IMG/VR virus record: IMGVR_UViG_3300044262_000072
Location: 1 to 34,695 of that record
DNA: 34,695 bases
Strand: one strand, 5' to 3'
Origin: a virus
Lineage: Duplodnaviria; Caudoviricetes
Below are positions 23,774-33,627 of this stretch, in pieces. Under the pieces are notes generated by a model. It saw nothing but the letters and a program-made list of their open reading frames with translations, was not told the origin of the DNA and searched no databases. How positions within the stretch are numbered: position 1 is the stretch's first letter; every line of letters starts with the position of its first letter. Made by a program: the position numbers and the translations under genes.

Positions 23774-23950
23774 ATGAACGCAGACATACAACATATTCAA
23801 TACGTACTAGAGGATAAACTTACGCAACTACCATCCATAATACACAGAGCTGAACTCCAAGATATCGAATACTGGTATTATGTGGGCAAAGACACTGCTT
23901 ATCAAGAAATCCTACAGATGATTAAATCGTCACAAAAGCATTCTGAGTAG
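23774..23950 (+). CDS. Hypothetical protein (58 aa), not in the ORF track
   Basis: MNADIQHIQYVLEDKLTQLPSIIHRAELQDIEYWYYVGKDTAYQEILQMIKSSQKHSE; converges on the tail-spike gene. Confidence 0.55.
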   Translation: MNADIQHIQYVLEDKLTQLPSIIHRAELQDIEYWYYVGKDTAYQEILQMIKSSQKHSE

Positions 23951-25328
23951 CCGTTGTAATCGTTGAGCCACTAAGATTAAAGAGAATATATCCTCTGTTA
24001 ATAGTCCCTGCTCCAGTAATCACGTTCGCAGTTGTTCCCGAAACAGTACAATGGATCACATTTAAAGTTGAGGATATTGTTATTGCTGCTACTGCACTAG
24101 GGCCACCAATGGTACAAAAAGATGCACTGTGACTATTTGAACCGCCAATAGTCAAAGAAGTAGCGGTTGATGTTATTAGACTATATGATAAACCCATTGT
24201 AGACGTTCCGGACGTTGTTATAGGTGTGTGTAGACTGCTGTAAGTTACGGATAAATCGCAATTTGTTACCGTATTTGCCTTAGTGGAACCACCCGTATTG
24301 AACAATCTGCAAAATCTAATAGCTAGGAGATTGCCACCTGTTAAAGTGAAATAGTTGATTCCTGCCCCGCCTGTATCACCTTTGCAACGGTCTATATTCA
24401 CCGTTCCTGAAGTCGATGAATTAGCAAAAAAGTCAAAATTATTGGCATCCAAAAAGCATCCAAGAAGATTAACAATAGAATTTGCCGTACCTGTTACTTG
24501 TAATGCGTAGTCACCATTTGTTCTGAGATTTATACCTGAGATTGTGACGCTACCAGCGGACGAATAGGACAACTTTCCTATGATTGTGACTTGTGGGTTT
24601 AATGATTCACCAAGAAAAGAACAAATATTTATCCCAGGAGTCAATGTTATATTTTCTGTATATGTTCCAGGCTGTACAAAAACGGTCTGTGGAGCACCTG
24701 CTAAAACAGCAGCGGCATAAGCTGAGGCAATGGTCGTATAGTTAGCACCATCTGCTGAACCTCCTGCGCTGACTATATATCTAGATACATGCAAGTCTGC
24801 ATCCACTGGATCAGATAAGCTAACCATACCACTAGTTGGATCAACGGTAAAATGAGCGTTGTTAAATGATGCTATACCTGCGTCATTTGAGTCTAAAGGT
24901 GTAGCTGGCACAGCTGTAGCAAGCTGTATATCCCATTGTTCGGTATTAGCTCCCCCAGTTTGGACAAAGAGAGGCTTAGAATGAGTTCCATTGCCTACGA
25001 CATTTCCTGTGAGATCAATATTTCCAAGTACATCTGGATTTGTTACAACGCCATCATCACCTGTTACAGAAACCACGGTCCCAACATTACCACCAGAAAT
25101 GAGCACCCAATAAGCCACATTGGCGACAATTTTGCTTAAAAGCCAAAGTTCCCCCTCAACACCAGTTGTTGGGTTTGCACCTACTTGCCAACCACAAAAA
25201 GGAACATAGTATTTTCCTGTTTCTGGCTGGAAAACATCCGTTGATAGAGGTTGTCTTTTTCTTGTAACTACGTTTGCAAGATAGACATTGGGTCCTTTGT
25301 ATTTTACAGGGAATAGAGGGCTAACCAT
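23922..25328 (-). CDS. Tail spike / receptor-binding protein with pectin-lyase-like beta-helix
   Basis: YTTIASAYAAA....TVFVQPGTYTENITL is the typical cap of a parallel beta-helix, followed by S/T/G/C-rich rungs. Confidence 0.75.
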   Translation of the reverse strand: MVSPLFPVKYKGPNVYLANVVTRKRQPLSTDVFQPETGKYYVPFCGWQVGANPTTGVEGELWLLSKIVANVAYWVLISGGNVGTVVSVTGDDGVVTNPDVLGNIDLTGNVVGNGTHSKPLFVQTGGANTEQWDIQLATAVPATPLDSNDAGIASFNNAHFTVDPTSGMVSLSDPVDADLHVSRYIVSAGGSADGANYTTIASAYAAAVLAGAPQTVFVQPGTYTENITLTPGINICSFLGESLNPQVTIIGKLSYSSAGSVTISGINLRTNGDYALQVTGTANSIVNLLGCFLDANNFDFFANSSTSGTVNIDRCKGDTGGAGINYFTLTGGNLLAIRFCRLFNTGGSTKANTVTNCDLSVTYSSLHTPITTSGTSTMGLSYSLITSTATSLTIGGSNSHSASFCTIGGPSAVAAITISSTLNVIHCTVSGTTANVITGAGTINRGYILFNLSGSTITTATQNAFVTI

Positions 25329-25636
25329 TAATTGTTACCTCTTGTAACTGCTTCAGATTCTCTTTGTGTGCGATTTTTATATTGTGGGTGTGAAAAAATT
25401 AATTCTGCCAGCTCGTCTTTATCCGTAGGTATAGACTTGACACCGGAAGCAGCTAACTTTGGTTCCCACTCTTTTTTTAGACGTTCAAAACAGCGTTCAT
25501 ATTTATGCATCAAAATATATTGTAGACGCCTACACATATCTTGGTCAAATTCTTCACTCAAAATATCGTTTTTTATAACTTTTTTCTGCGTTTCTGATAA
25601 TTTAAATAGCTCCACATCATTTACTGAAACTTTCAT
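25328..25636 (-). CDS. Hypothetical protein, possible fibre chaperone
   Basis: 102-aa charged protein coupled between fibre genes. Confidence 0.65.
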   Translation of the reverse strand: MKVSVNDVELFKLSETQKKVIKNDILSEEFDQDMCRRLQYILMHKYERCFERLKKEWEPKLAASGVKSIPTDKDELAELIFSHPQYKNRTQRESEAVTRGNN

Positions 25637-26326
25637 CTAGCACTCCAAATTAGCATAAATATATGTTGTAACACCTATGTCAACAACTTTTGTACTTCCT
25701 GATACGGTCACTGTATATGTGAGCGTATCTCCTACATCCATATCGGCCATTGTAGAAGTATCAATTCTACAATCATTGGAAGCGTCGCGTACGGCACCCC
25801 AGCTTAATACAGATGAATAACTACGGTTTGATGTGACTAACGTACGACTTCCGCCAGTGTGGGAGGCTGTTAAACCTCTCAATCCGACAATCATACCTAT
25901 ATGATATCTACCTGTCACTGGTGCTGTAAACGTTGACGTCGCAAAATCACTATTTTGGTCATAAATTTCAGTAATTGCATTTCCTGATCCAAGAGTAAAA
26001 GCAGTTCCATCTCCTGTGGCATTATCATCTTGTACGCTTAACACACCTAAAAAAGATGGCTGGCTTGGATTTGTCATTTCTCCAGCATCAGAAATTAACA
26101 TTGTTGAAGTCTGTACGCCTTTTACACCACCATCACCTCTTACAACTGCATTGTCAGTAAGGTTGGCAGAAGATGAAACATCCCCTGCTCCTGCGGGAGT
26201 TCCCCATGTACCGTCACCGCGCCAAAACGTAGTAGCGCTAGCTGATGTGCCGCTGTTTAAATTTGCAACTGGGAGATTTCCTGTGACTTCAGACGCTAAA
26301 TTTACTTTCGGGAATTTATATGACAT
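25637..26326 (-). CDS. Tail fibre tip protein with C1q/TNF-like domain
   Basis: [14 protein letters not shown]...TFWRGDGTW shaft motif; PSF...[18 protein letters not shown]....ADMDVGDT is a gC1q-like signature. Confidence 0.75.
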   Translation of the reverse strand: MSYKFPKVNLASEVTGNLPVANLNSGTSASATTFWRGDGTWGTPAGAGDVSSSANLTDNAVVRGDGGVKGVQTSTMLISDAGEMTNPSQPSFLGVLSVQDDNATGDGTAFTLGSGNAITEIYDQNSDFATSTFTAPVTGRYHIGMIVGLRGLTASHTGGSRTLVTSNRSYSSVLSWGAVRDASNDCRIDTSTMADMDVGDTLTYTVTVSGSTKVVDIGVTTYIYANLEC

Positions 26327-26335
26327 TAATTACCT

Positions 26336-26959
26336 TTAGATATGTTTCCATGATTTACCATATTTTATGTTATAGATAGCCATATTGTGTACTTTATATT
26401 TTTTTGCTATACGTGTACAAGGTATTCCAAGTGATATCATTTTTTTTATTTCTTTCGCATCGTCATTTTTAAGTTTAGATATATAATGATTTTCACACTT
26501 AGATGACCTGCCTTTTTTCTGCTTATCTAATTGGTTTTCATATTTAGTACAAATCCATAAATGTTCTGGATTAGTACATGTTGGGTTATCGCAAGAATGG
26601 CAAACACAAAAACCTTTTGGGATCTCTCCTTTGAAAATTTCATAAGAAACTCTGTGGCCTTTAACTTTAGTATGCCCAGCAAATATCATAGGATAACCAT
26701 TTTTATCTAAACTTGCAGACCATCCCCAGCAACCATCTTTTTTTATAACTTTTGAGTTGAAAAATTTTTCTATTCTCCTTTTTTTTTGGTCAACTGTAGC
26801 ACTTTTCCAAAAAACACGGTTTTTATTTCCTACAACACCAAATATTGAATTTCTGCATTTTTTACTACAATATTGTGCATCTGGTTGCGAATCATGTCTT
26901 AGCCATTCAAAATTTTTACCACAAACAACACAATTAGATTCACCTTTTTTACATGACAT
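26336..26959 (-). CDS. HNH homing endonuclease (HNH_3 type)
   Basis: RBS AAGGAGGT before MSCKK; CVVC..YCSKKC; GCW.W, HRVSY, VCHSCDNPTCTNPEHLW; C-terminal HTH ending WKHI. Confidence 0.9.
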   Translation of the reverse strand: MSCKKGESNCVVCGKNFEWLRHDSQPDAQYCSKKCRNSIFGVVGNKNRVFWKSATVDQKKRRIEKFFNSKVIKKDGCWGWSASLDKNGYPMIFAGHTKVKGHRVSYEIFKGEIPKGFCVCHSCDNPTCTNPEHLWICTKYENQLDKQKKGRSSKCENHYISKLKNDDAKEIKKMISLGIPCTRIAKKYKVHNMAIYNIKYGKSWKHI

Positions 26960-27026
26960 TCTTACCTCCTTTATACAGGAAAAGTATATGACACTGTAAA
27001 TAATTACACCAATAGATTCTTCACCA

Positions 27027-28382
27027 CTATAATAGGCTCCATTGAGATCCAGAATACACAAGTGTAGCCGATCCATAATTAACATTAATTGTAGCTGATG
27101 CAGCCCCATCAATATTTCCTGCTGCTGGGGTGATTGTGATATTATTTGCTGCCGCAGATCCAACGCTGTCTTTGATTATATACAATGTACCGGTAACTGG
27201 TGCTGCGATCAAATTTATCGTTCTTGCTGCTGACGTATCGACGAGTATTAAATGATCGCTGATAAGAGTGGTGTATGGATATGCTCCTGGTGTAGTGGTA
27301 TCTATAACTCGGCCGCTATTCGTAATCAGCGCACCAGCTACATAGCAATGGGTTTGCGTCCCACCAAGGCGCGTAACATTGCTTTCACCAAGTGTGCCTG
27401 TTATATTGTAACCAAGCAACAAATTGTTTGTTTCGTTTGTTGTGTAACTTGAACCGGTACTATATCCAAGACAAGTGTTGTTTGATCCACCATTTAAATT
27501 TCTTAAGCTATTATATCCGCAACACGTGTTATTATCACCAGTACCATTATCTTGCAAAGAAGACCAGCCGACAGCTGTGGTTCCTGTGCCAGTAACATTG
27601 TAGCATGATAGGTAGCCGATCGCCACATTTCCGTTCGTTGTGGAATTCGTCAAGGTAGCAAAACCAACTGCAGTATTTTGACTGCCTGTTGCTCTTTCCA
27701 TAGATTGTGTGCCTATGGCACAATTATTGCTACCTGATACACAATTGGTAAGGGAAAGCCAGCCAAATGCTGCATTTAAATTTCCACCTGACAAGTTTTG
27801 TAGAGAGGATCTTCCCATTGCAGTATTCCATCCGCCTGCACCCACAGTTAAAAGTGATTGTAAACCAAATCCAGTGTTATTTATTCCCGTTATAGTAGCA
27901 TTTCCGGAAGATTGTCCAAACAATGTGTTTGCTGTAATTGGATCGGATACACTTAAGGTAGATGTGGTCCCTGAATTGGTAAATTTAACGGTAGATCCGC
28001 ATGTATTTGCAGCGTTGTTGGCATAAATAGTGACCGCAGCGCCTGTAATACTTCCAGAGTCACCGTTAATTGTAGTGATGCCAGATCCACCACCTACTAA
28101 AGATACAAAACCATTAGCGTCTACAGAGAAATCAGCTGAATCAAATGCCGCAAGTCCAACCGCTGTTAAGTCAGTAGCTGCAACAGCATCGGCAACTTGC
28201 ACGTTAACTGTTACAGTGTTTCCAGAACCTACAGTTTCAATTGGTATGCCACTATTTGCAACAACAGCACCAAATATTTCAAGCTCATTTGAAATTGGTA
28301 TTGCATCACCATTATCTGTGATAAATGTGGTGGGTATTTGAGGGTTGCTTGAGACTGGGTTTAAATCACCTGATTGGCTCAT
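27027..28382 (-). CDS. Tail fibre protein with G-x-x-N-T-A-x-G-x-x-S-L repeats
   Basis: About ten 14-aa repeats (NTGFGLQSL, NTAMGRSSL, NAAFGWLSL...) and C-terminal IIKDSVG.AAANNITI...IDG domain. Confidence 0.8.
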   Translation of the reverse strand: MSQSGDLNPVSSNPQIPTTFITDNGDAIPISNELEIFGAVVANSGIPIETVGSGNTVTVNVQVADAVAATDLTAVGLAAFDSADFSVDANGFVSLVGGGSGITTINGDSGSITGAAVTIYANNAANTCGSTVKFTNSGTTSTLSVSDPITANTLFGQSSGNATITGINNTGFGLQSLLTVGAGGWNTAMGRSSLQNLSGGNLNAAFGWLSLTNCVSGSNNCAIGTQSMERATGSQNTAVGFATLTNSTTNGNVAIGYLSCYNVTGTGTTAVGWSSLQDNGTGDNNTCCGYNSLRNLNGGSNNTCLGYSTGSSYTTNETNNLLLGYNITGTLGESNVTRLGGTQTHCYVAGALITNSGRVIDTTTPGAYPYTTLISDHLILVDTSAARTINLIAAPVTGTLYIIKDSVGSAAANNITITPAAGNIDGAASATINVNYGSATLVYSGSQWSLL

Positions 28383-29050
28383 TACTCCCCTTCTGCTAAT
28401 TTATAGCGTTTAAATAAGTTTTCGTGCTTTTCCAAATATTTTTTTTGTATATGCATTTCTTTTTTTAAGATTGCATTTTCTTCGTGCAAAGATCTTAAAA
28501 TTTGCTTGTTTTCATCAATTTTAGCGTTTAGATTTTGATTGATTAACTGTAGTTGTGATGGTAGATTTATATCTTGTACAATTTTTTCAAGCTTTTGTAT
28601 GAAACTTTTTTCAAGACGAGCAATTTGATTGTTAAAATTAGTCTCTAACTCCTGAAAATGTTCACCCACAGCCAAAAAAAGTTGTGCCATTTGTGTGATA
28701 TGTGCACTTAAATTTTCTTTATTTTTTGCGACATCTACAAAAAGTTTTGCCAATTCGTCAATTTTTTCATTAATATTAGCAATAATAGGTTGTAAATCAT
28801 TTATTTTTGAGTTTAGTTCCTGTTTAGATACTTCAACATATTCTGAAAGATCACCAAACTGGTTAGCAACAAACGTAAATTCTGAGGTATGTAGATTTTT
28901 ACATTTTGTTATTTCACAATCAAGATATTCAATTGCTTTTTTTACTTCATTGAGAGAGTTATTGCTTTGCGCAATGCTCTTGTTATGATTTATGATTTCT
29001 TGCTTTACAGTTTCCTCAAAGCGCGCGATCATGTCATTTCGTTTTAACAT
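28382..29050 (-). CDS. Coiled-coil protein in the tail fibre cluster
   Basis: 222 aa, heptad-rich; coupled to both neighbours. Confidence 0.7.
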   Translation of the reverse strand: MLKRNDMIARFEETVKQEIINHNKSIAQSNNSLNEVKKAIEYLDCEITKCKNLHTSEFTFVANQFGDLSEYVEVSKQELNSKINDLQPIIANINEKIDELAKLFVDVAKNKENLSAHITQMAQLFLAVGEHFQELETNFNNQIARLEKSFIQKLEKIVQDINLPSQLQLINQNLNAKIDENKQILRSLHEENAILKKEMHIQKKYLEKHENLFKRYKLAEGE

Positions 29051-29385
29051 TATCTAATATTCTCTATGTAAACGGCACCTGAAACAGGAGCAGTGATTTG
29101 TTTCACGTAAAATTGAGTTCCGATAGGAATAACATAACTGTCATCTCTTCCAGGATTGACATTTGATTGAATATCCCACAGCTTAAAAGATCCAGCTTTA
29201 ACAAAGATTTTATCCACTGATGTGTCATCTGTGAAAAATAAATCTCCCTGTGTGTTATTGGTAAAACATACTCCACGAGCTGTATGCTCTAATGGTAATC
29301 CAACAGCTGCGTAGCTTCCGGAAATACCTCCGAAAGCTAATGATCTTATTTCATCAAAAAATGCTCTAGCAACAACCACTGCCAT
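29050..29385 (-). CDS. Small beta-sandwich virion protein
   Basis: Probable start MAVVVARAFFD at 29385, overlapping the upstream stop. Confidence 0.7.
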   Translation of the reverse strand: MAVVVARAFFDEIRSLAFGGISGSYAAVGLPLEHTARGVCFTNNTQGDLFFTDDTSVDKIFVKAGSFKLWDIQSNVNPGRDDSYVIPIGTQFYVKQITAPVSGAVYIENIR

Positions 29386-29596
29386 GATAACTCTCTTCTT
29401 CCTTCTCGGATAATTTTTTATATTTTTCGCATATTTCAAGCTCTTCTTTTTGAGCCTGTACAATTCTTTCGACTACATATCCTTTAGCTTCCATAAGGCA
29501 GTCATGTAAGACACCTGCAGGAGTGTCAGAGTCAAATATTATGTTAACTTTTTTGTTTTCTTTAACAAATTCAAACATGGTGGCTTGCTTAATCAT
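29366..29596 (-). CDS. Hypothetical protein
   Basis: 76 aa, ATGA-coupled. Confidence 0.65.
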   Translation of the reverse strand: MIKQATMFEFVKENKKVNIIFDSDTPAGVLHDCLMEAKGYVVERIVQAQKEELEICEKYKKLSEKEEESYHGSGCC

Positions 29597-29769
29597 CGGA
29601 GTTCCTTTAAGTTTTCGGCCAAAACGGCTTGTTTTCTTGTTGTCGCATTTTTTGAATGCGTAGCCCTTTTTAGCTTACTTGAAGGTATATTTTCACCTTT
29701 TTTTACACCAAGTTTTTTTCTTAAAGATCCGGGGTTTTTTATAGCCCCGGAAATCCAATTTTTTGCCAT
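29593..29769 (-). CDS. Small basic phage protein (58 aa), not in the ORF track
   Basis: MAKNWISGAIKNPGSLRKKLGVKKGENIPSSKLKRATHSKNATTRKQAVLAENLKELR; WI.GAIK.PG.L motif is common in phage virion regions. Confidence 0.8.
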   Translation of the reverse strand: MAKNWISGAIKNPGSLRKKLGVKKGENIPSSKLKRATHSKNATTRKQAVLAENLKELR

Positions 29770-29770
29770 A

Positions 29771-31558
29771 TTAGGTTTGACCTACGATAAAGTATGCAAA
29801 GCTAGAAACATCACCTGTCTGTGTCGATCCAGGAGTGCCAAGAATTAAGCTTGTTACGGTAAAGCTAGCACCTGCACTTATGGTATAGCTAATCTCTCCA
29901 AGTGTTGTGGAAGCGTTTGCCGCTGTTCTTTGGATAAAGATTCTATCTGTTGCTGCTATGTTTGTGTTTGCTATGGTTACAGTACCAGCAACCAATGTTC
30001 CAGTACCTATAAAGTCTGTAGCAGCTCCACCATTATAGCTAATTTTAGTCGCAACAGAAGTTAAGTTAACATTACCAGTTAGATTGACGCCACCAGAACC
30101 AGCTTGAATTGTTGTTGTAGATGTTGTGTTGGTTGACCCGATCGTGACTGTGTTAGCTCCAGCTCCGTTTGCAATTGTGACTGTTTTGCCACCAGTTGAA
30201 CCAGCAATATTTATTGCCTGAGAACCTGTACCGCCTGCAATAGTAATAGTGCCAGTGTGAGCGCCAGTACCACCAATATTTATAGTCCCTGTTGTCATGG
30301 CAGCACCTAAAGAATAGGAACCACCTGTTTGAGTATTGGCAACAGCTATAACGTTAGCACCAGTACCACCTATAGAGATCGTTTTGACAACTGCCGCACC
30401 AGTACCAATGTTAATTGTTGTCGCTGCTGCATCAGATGAGAGAGAAATAGCACCGGTACCGGTATTTATCGTTAATGTGCCGTTTACAGATGTAAAGCTA
30501 GAAGCACCAGTTCCAGCGTTGAGCACAAGAGCTGTTGCACCAGTAGCATTGCCTATATTAATTGTTTTTGCTATAGATGTACCAATGTTAATTGCGCCAG
30601 TACCGGAGTTTATAACGACTGCGGAGGCTCCTGTTTGGTTGCCTACAGTTACAGTTTGCGCAATAGCGTTAGCGCCTATAGATGTTCCACCTGTACCGCC
30701 TACAATGGCAACTTGTGAAGCACCTGTTGCACTTCCTACAGTAACAGTTCTTACTCCAGCTGTACCAACATTGATATTTTGCGAAACAGCGTCATTACCG
30801 ATGCCTATAACACCAGCTGATGAGTTTAATTCTAGAACCCCAGCTGAATCGATTAAAACAGTGTCTGCTGAATTGATAACAACATCACCAGCACCTGTTG
30901 TATTGACAGCAAACCCAGCTGTACCAGTATTTATGGTAACACCAGTTGCGCCAGTTACGTTTCCCAGGGTCAATGCACGTGCGCCAGCCCCAGTTCCTAT
31001 ATTAACTGCGCCTGTAGACGCATCAGAAGCTAGGTTTAATGCTGTTGCGCCAGTTGTAATAGTAGCAGATCCGCTAAGAGTCGCCAATCCTGTTGCGCCA
31101 AGAGTAGTAAAAGATCCTGCTGCTGGAGTTGTTCCACCAATTGCTGGAGGTGCTGCTAGTCTTCCCGTCAATTTTAAAGGAGTTACAATTCTATTATCAT
31201 CTGTACCTGTATTAGTTTCAGCTTGCGTTGCTAATTCAGCTATACCAGGTAAAACTTCAGATGCCAAGGGAGCGCCTGCAATTGCAACTAGACCTACTGT
31301 ATAAGGAGTCATAGCAACCGTATCAAGTACGCCAGCCACTGCTTCAGCATCTGTGGCAATTCTAATTTTACCTTTGATTGCATCGGTTGCATCGGGAATC
31401 AGTATATCACCTGCTGCATCTAATGTCATAGGCGATATAATAAGGTCGTCTCTATCTCCTGCATCTGCCTCAGCAATAGTTGCAAAACGTGCTTGTCCTG
31501 CACTTGTTGATGTAGCTTTTGGTCCTGTATATCCTGTTGGATTCTGAAATTTTGGCAT
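29771..31558 (-). CDS. Long tail fibre protein
   Basis: Three N-terminal ATxAE..AG.D....TP repeats, then many G/T/A-rich (I/V)(N/T)IG.G repeats. Confidence 0.82.
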   Translation of the reverse strand: MPKFQNPTGYTGPKATSTSAGQARFATIAEADAGDRDDLIISPMTLDAAGDILIPDATDAIKGKIRIATDAEAVAGVLDTVAMTPYTVGLVAIAGAPLASEVLPGIAELATQAETNTGTDDNRIVTPLKLTGRLAAPPAIGGTTPAAGSFTTLGATGLATLSGSATITTGATALNLASDASTGAVNIGTGAGARALTLGNVTGATGVTINTGTAGFAVNTTGAGDVVINSADTVLIDSAGVLELNSSAGVIGIGNDAVSQNINVGTAGVRTVTVGSATGASQVAIVGGTGGTSIGANAIAQTVTVGNQTGASAVVINSGTGAINIGTSIAKTINIGNATGATALVLNAGTGASSFTSVNGTLTINTGTGAISLSSDAAATTINIGTGAAVVKTISIGGTGANVIAVANTQTGGSYSLGAAMTTGTINIGGTGAHTGTITIAGGTGSQAINIAGSTGGKTVTIANGAGANTVTIGSTNTTSTTTIQAGSGGVNLTGNVNLTSVATKISYNGGAATDFIGTGTLVAGTVTIANTNIAATDRIFIQRTAANASTTLGEISYTISAGASFTVTSLILGTPGSTQTGDVSSFAYFIVGQT

Positions 31559-31624
31559 AAATTACCTTCTTGTTTAACTAAATTCAGAGTCGCTTTAAAT
31601 TTGCAAAAAAGCAAATAAATTCGT

Positions 31625-31653
31625 TTGTTAAAATGAGAATTATATGTTAAAAT
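31625..31653 (+). promoter_or_regulatory. Promoter of the RHH-terL operon with TGTTAAAAT direct repeat
   Basis: TTGTTA-17-TAAAAT with extended -10 TG; TGTTAAAAT at 31626 and 31645 overlaps both boxes. Confidence 0.55.
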
Positions 31654-31683
31654 ATAGGTATGCTAATATGGAGATATGTTTAT

Positions 31684-31854
31684 ATGGACACCAACTCACG
31701 TACTACAGTAATACTTCCTAAAAAGCTAAAAAAAGAAATGCAACTTATGTGTGTAATGACAGATAGACGACCGAGTGATTTTATCCGCATCGCTATTCAA
31801 GACAAAATTAAAGAGTTAAAAGAGAAAAGAAATGACACCGCTAGAATGGAATGA
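31684..31854 (+). CDS. Ribbon-helix-helix (CopG/Arc-like) regulator
   Basis: RTTVILPKKLKKEM...C...DRRPSDFIRIAI; RBS GGAG. Confidence 0.8.
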   Translation: MDTNSRTTVILPKKLKKEMQLMCVMTDRRPSDFIRIAIQDKIKELKEKRNDTARME

Positions 31855-32029
31855 TTATAAGCAAATTCGTAAGATACTTGACCTTTGCGAAGAAACACAA
31901 GAATGGAATGGCCCAATAGATTTTACAGCTATTGCAGAATCAGTGACTCCTTATTTAAGGATTTTAAAAGCTGAAATTGGCGATCGTCTTATACTTGAAA
32001 AAATTAGAGAAGAAGGCATTGACACATAA
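31832..32029 (+). CDS. Hypothetical protein
   Basis: 65 aa between the RHH gene and terL; lacks TerS motifs. Confidence 0.65.
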   Translation: MTPLEWNDYKQIRKILDLCEETQEWNGPIDFTAIAESVTPYLRILKAEIGDRLILEKIREEGIDT

Positions 32030-33538
32030 GTGATCGTCAAAGAAGCATTAAAATCAAAATTATGGCGCCTAAATCATTTATATCGCATCGTAGATAAAGA
32101 AGGTAATTCTATCCCTTTTAAGCTTAATGCAGTACAAGCACAAGTACTTGCAATTGAGCATAAGCGTAAAATTATTTTAAAAGCAAGACAGCTAGGAATG
32201 TCAACCTTTGCCGTTTTAGATCTAGTCGATGATGCTATTTTTACGGAGAATTTATCATGCGGTATTGTGAGCTACTCACTTGAGCATGCGCAGCATATCT
32301 TTAAAAAGATTATCGGTCATGCGTTGGATACCCTACCAGTTCCGATACGCCCTTATGTCGGTATCACTGCTCGCTCTGCACGAGAGATTTCCTTTAGCAA
32401 TGGGTCCTCAATACGAGTCGACACGACCCTTAGGGGTGGATCATATCAAAACGTTCTTGTCTCAGAATTCGGAAAAACATGCGCTCGCTCACCCCAGAAA
32501 GCGGAGGAGATCGTTACGGGAACTTTGCAGGCAGTAGGTGTTCAAGGTAAACTGATAATAGAAAGCACAGGAGAAGGCAGCGATGGCTATTTTGTAGACA
32601 TGGTTTTAAGTGCTGAACTGCACAAAAACCATGATTTAACTCCATTAGACTATTACCTATGTTTTTGTCCTTGGTTCCAGGAAGAGCATTACAGGCTTGA
32701 GGGAAAGGTAGATTTAAACACAAAAATGTCTGATTATTTTAAGAAGCTTGAAAAAGAATTCTCCATCAAACTTGATGATCAACAAAAGAAATGGTACGTT
32801 TTGCAGGAGAAAGTACTAGGAGATAAGCTAAAGCAAGAATATCCAAGCACAATACAAGAAGCCTTCCTATCAAAATCTGATGCATACTATTTTGCTGAAG
32901 GCATTCAAAAAGCAAATGAAGAAAAACGTTGCTTATTTGCAAATATTTATGATTCACTTTCGCCTTTGTATGTTGCAATGGATATTGGTTTAAATGACCT
33001 TACCGTTATAGTATTTTTTCAGATATGCCATGGTGAAATACGAATCGTTGATTACTACGAGGATAAAAATAAGGATGTGGACTTCTATGCAAAGTTCTTG
33101 CTTCAGGATAAACCTTATCTCTATCATACGATTTTCTTACCTCACGATAGCACTAAGCGAGATCCGCTGGATATACAGAATTCCTACGAGAGAGATTTCC
33201 GTCGTTTATTTTCCGGAACCAATACGAAATTTTATGTCTTACCACGCCAGGACAAACAACAAAGCATCTCATACGCTAAAGTCAAACTTAGTCGCTGTGT
33301 ATTTAACTTGGCTAAAGTTAAACCACTGGTTGATCAGTTATGCAAATATAGAAAAAAATGGGTTGAGCAAATCGGTGCGTACATCGAGGATCCCTACCAT
33401 AATACCGCAAGTCACTATTCAGACGCCTTTATGTACGCAATGCAGGCCGTAGGACATATCGAAGCTGCCGGTGGAAAAGGCGATGCCCTTGCAAAACATA
33501 AAGCTGCCACAGAAGCTCGGTATAAAAGAGTCATTTAG
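32030..33538 (+). CDS. terL: Terminase large subunit
   Basis: FKLN.VQ adenine-binding motif, ILKARQLGMST Walker A, VLVSE Walker B, IIEST coupling motif, QEYP, VAMDIGLND nuclease, LPHD, H..SH.SDAF. Confidence 0.93.
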   Translation: MIVKEALKSKLWRLNHLYRIVDKEGNSIPFKLNAVQAQVLAIEHKRKIILKARQLGMSTFAVLDLVDDAIFTENLSCGIVSYSLEHAQHIFKKIIGHALDTLPVPIRPYVGITARSAREISFSNGSSIRVDTTLRGGSYQNVLVSEFGKTCARSPQKAEEIVTGTLQAVGVQGKLIIESTGEGSDGYFVDMVLSAELHKNHDLTPLDYYLCFCPWFQEEHYRLEGKVDLNTKMSDYFKKLEKEFSIKLDDQQKKWYVLQEKVLGDKLKQEYPSTIQEAFLSKSDAYYFAEGIQKANEEKRCLFANIYDSLSPLYVAMDIGLNDLTVIVFFQICHGEIRIVDYYEDKNKDVDFYAKFLLQDKPYLYHTIFLPHDSTKRDPLDIQNSYERDFRRLFSGTNTKFYVLPRQDKQQSISYAKVKLSRCVFNLAKVKPLVDQLCKYRKKWVEQIGAYIEDPYHNTASHYSDAFMYAMQAVGHIEAAGGKGDALAKHKAATEARYKRVI

Positions 33539-33599
33539 ATATGTAAAAGCATATCACCATATAAAAACACCATCTTTTTATAAAAACAAATATAATACT

Positions 33600-33627
33600 T
33601 TGACATGTCATCTTAGGAATAAATAAT
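33600..33627 (+). promoter_or_regulatory. Putative promoter of the structural operon; palindrome TGACATGTCA over the -35 box
   Basis: TTGACA-16-AATAAT upstream of RBS GAGGTG and ATG 33649. Confidence 0.5.

Noticed and set aside
26960-27163. N-terminal extension of the 275-aa HNH ORF
   Set aside because: It overlaps the fibre gene, and a strong RBS supports the start at 26959.
30336-31304. 322-aa plus-strand ORF
   Set aside because: Antisense shadow of the G/T/A-rich tail fibre; no RBS and P/V/A mirror composition.
23922-31558. Diversity-generating retroelement or invertible fibre cassette
   Set aside because: No reverse transcriptase or invertase, and no template/variable repeat pair or flanking inverted repeats seen by eye.
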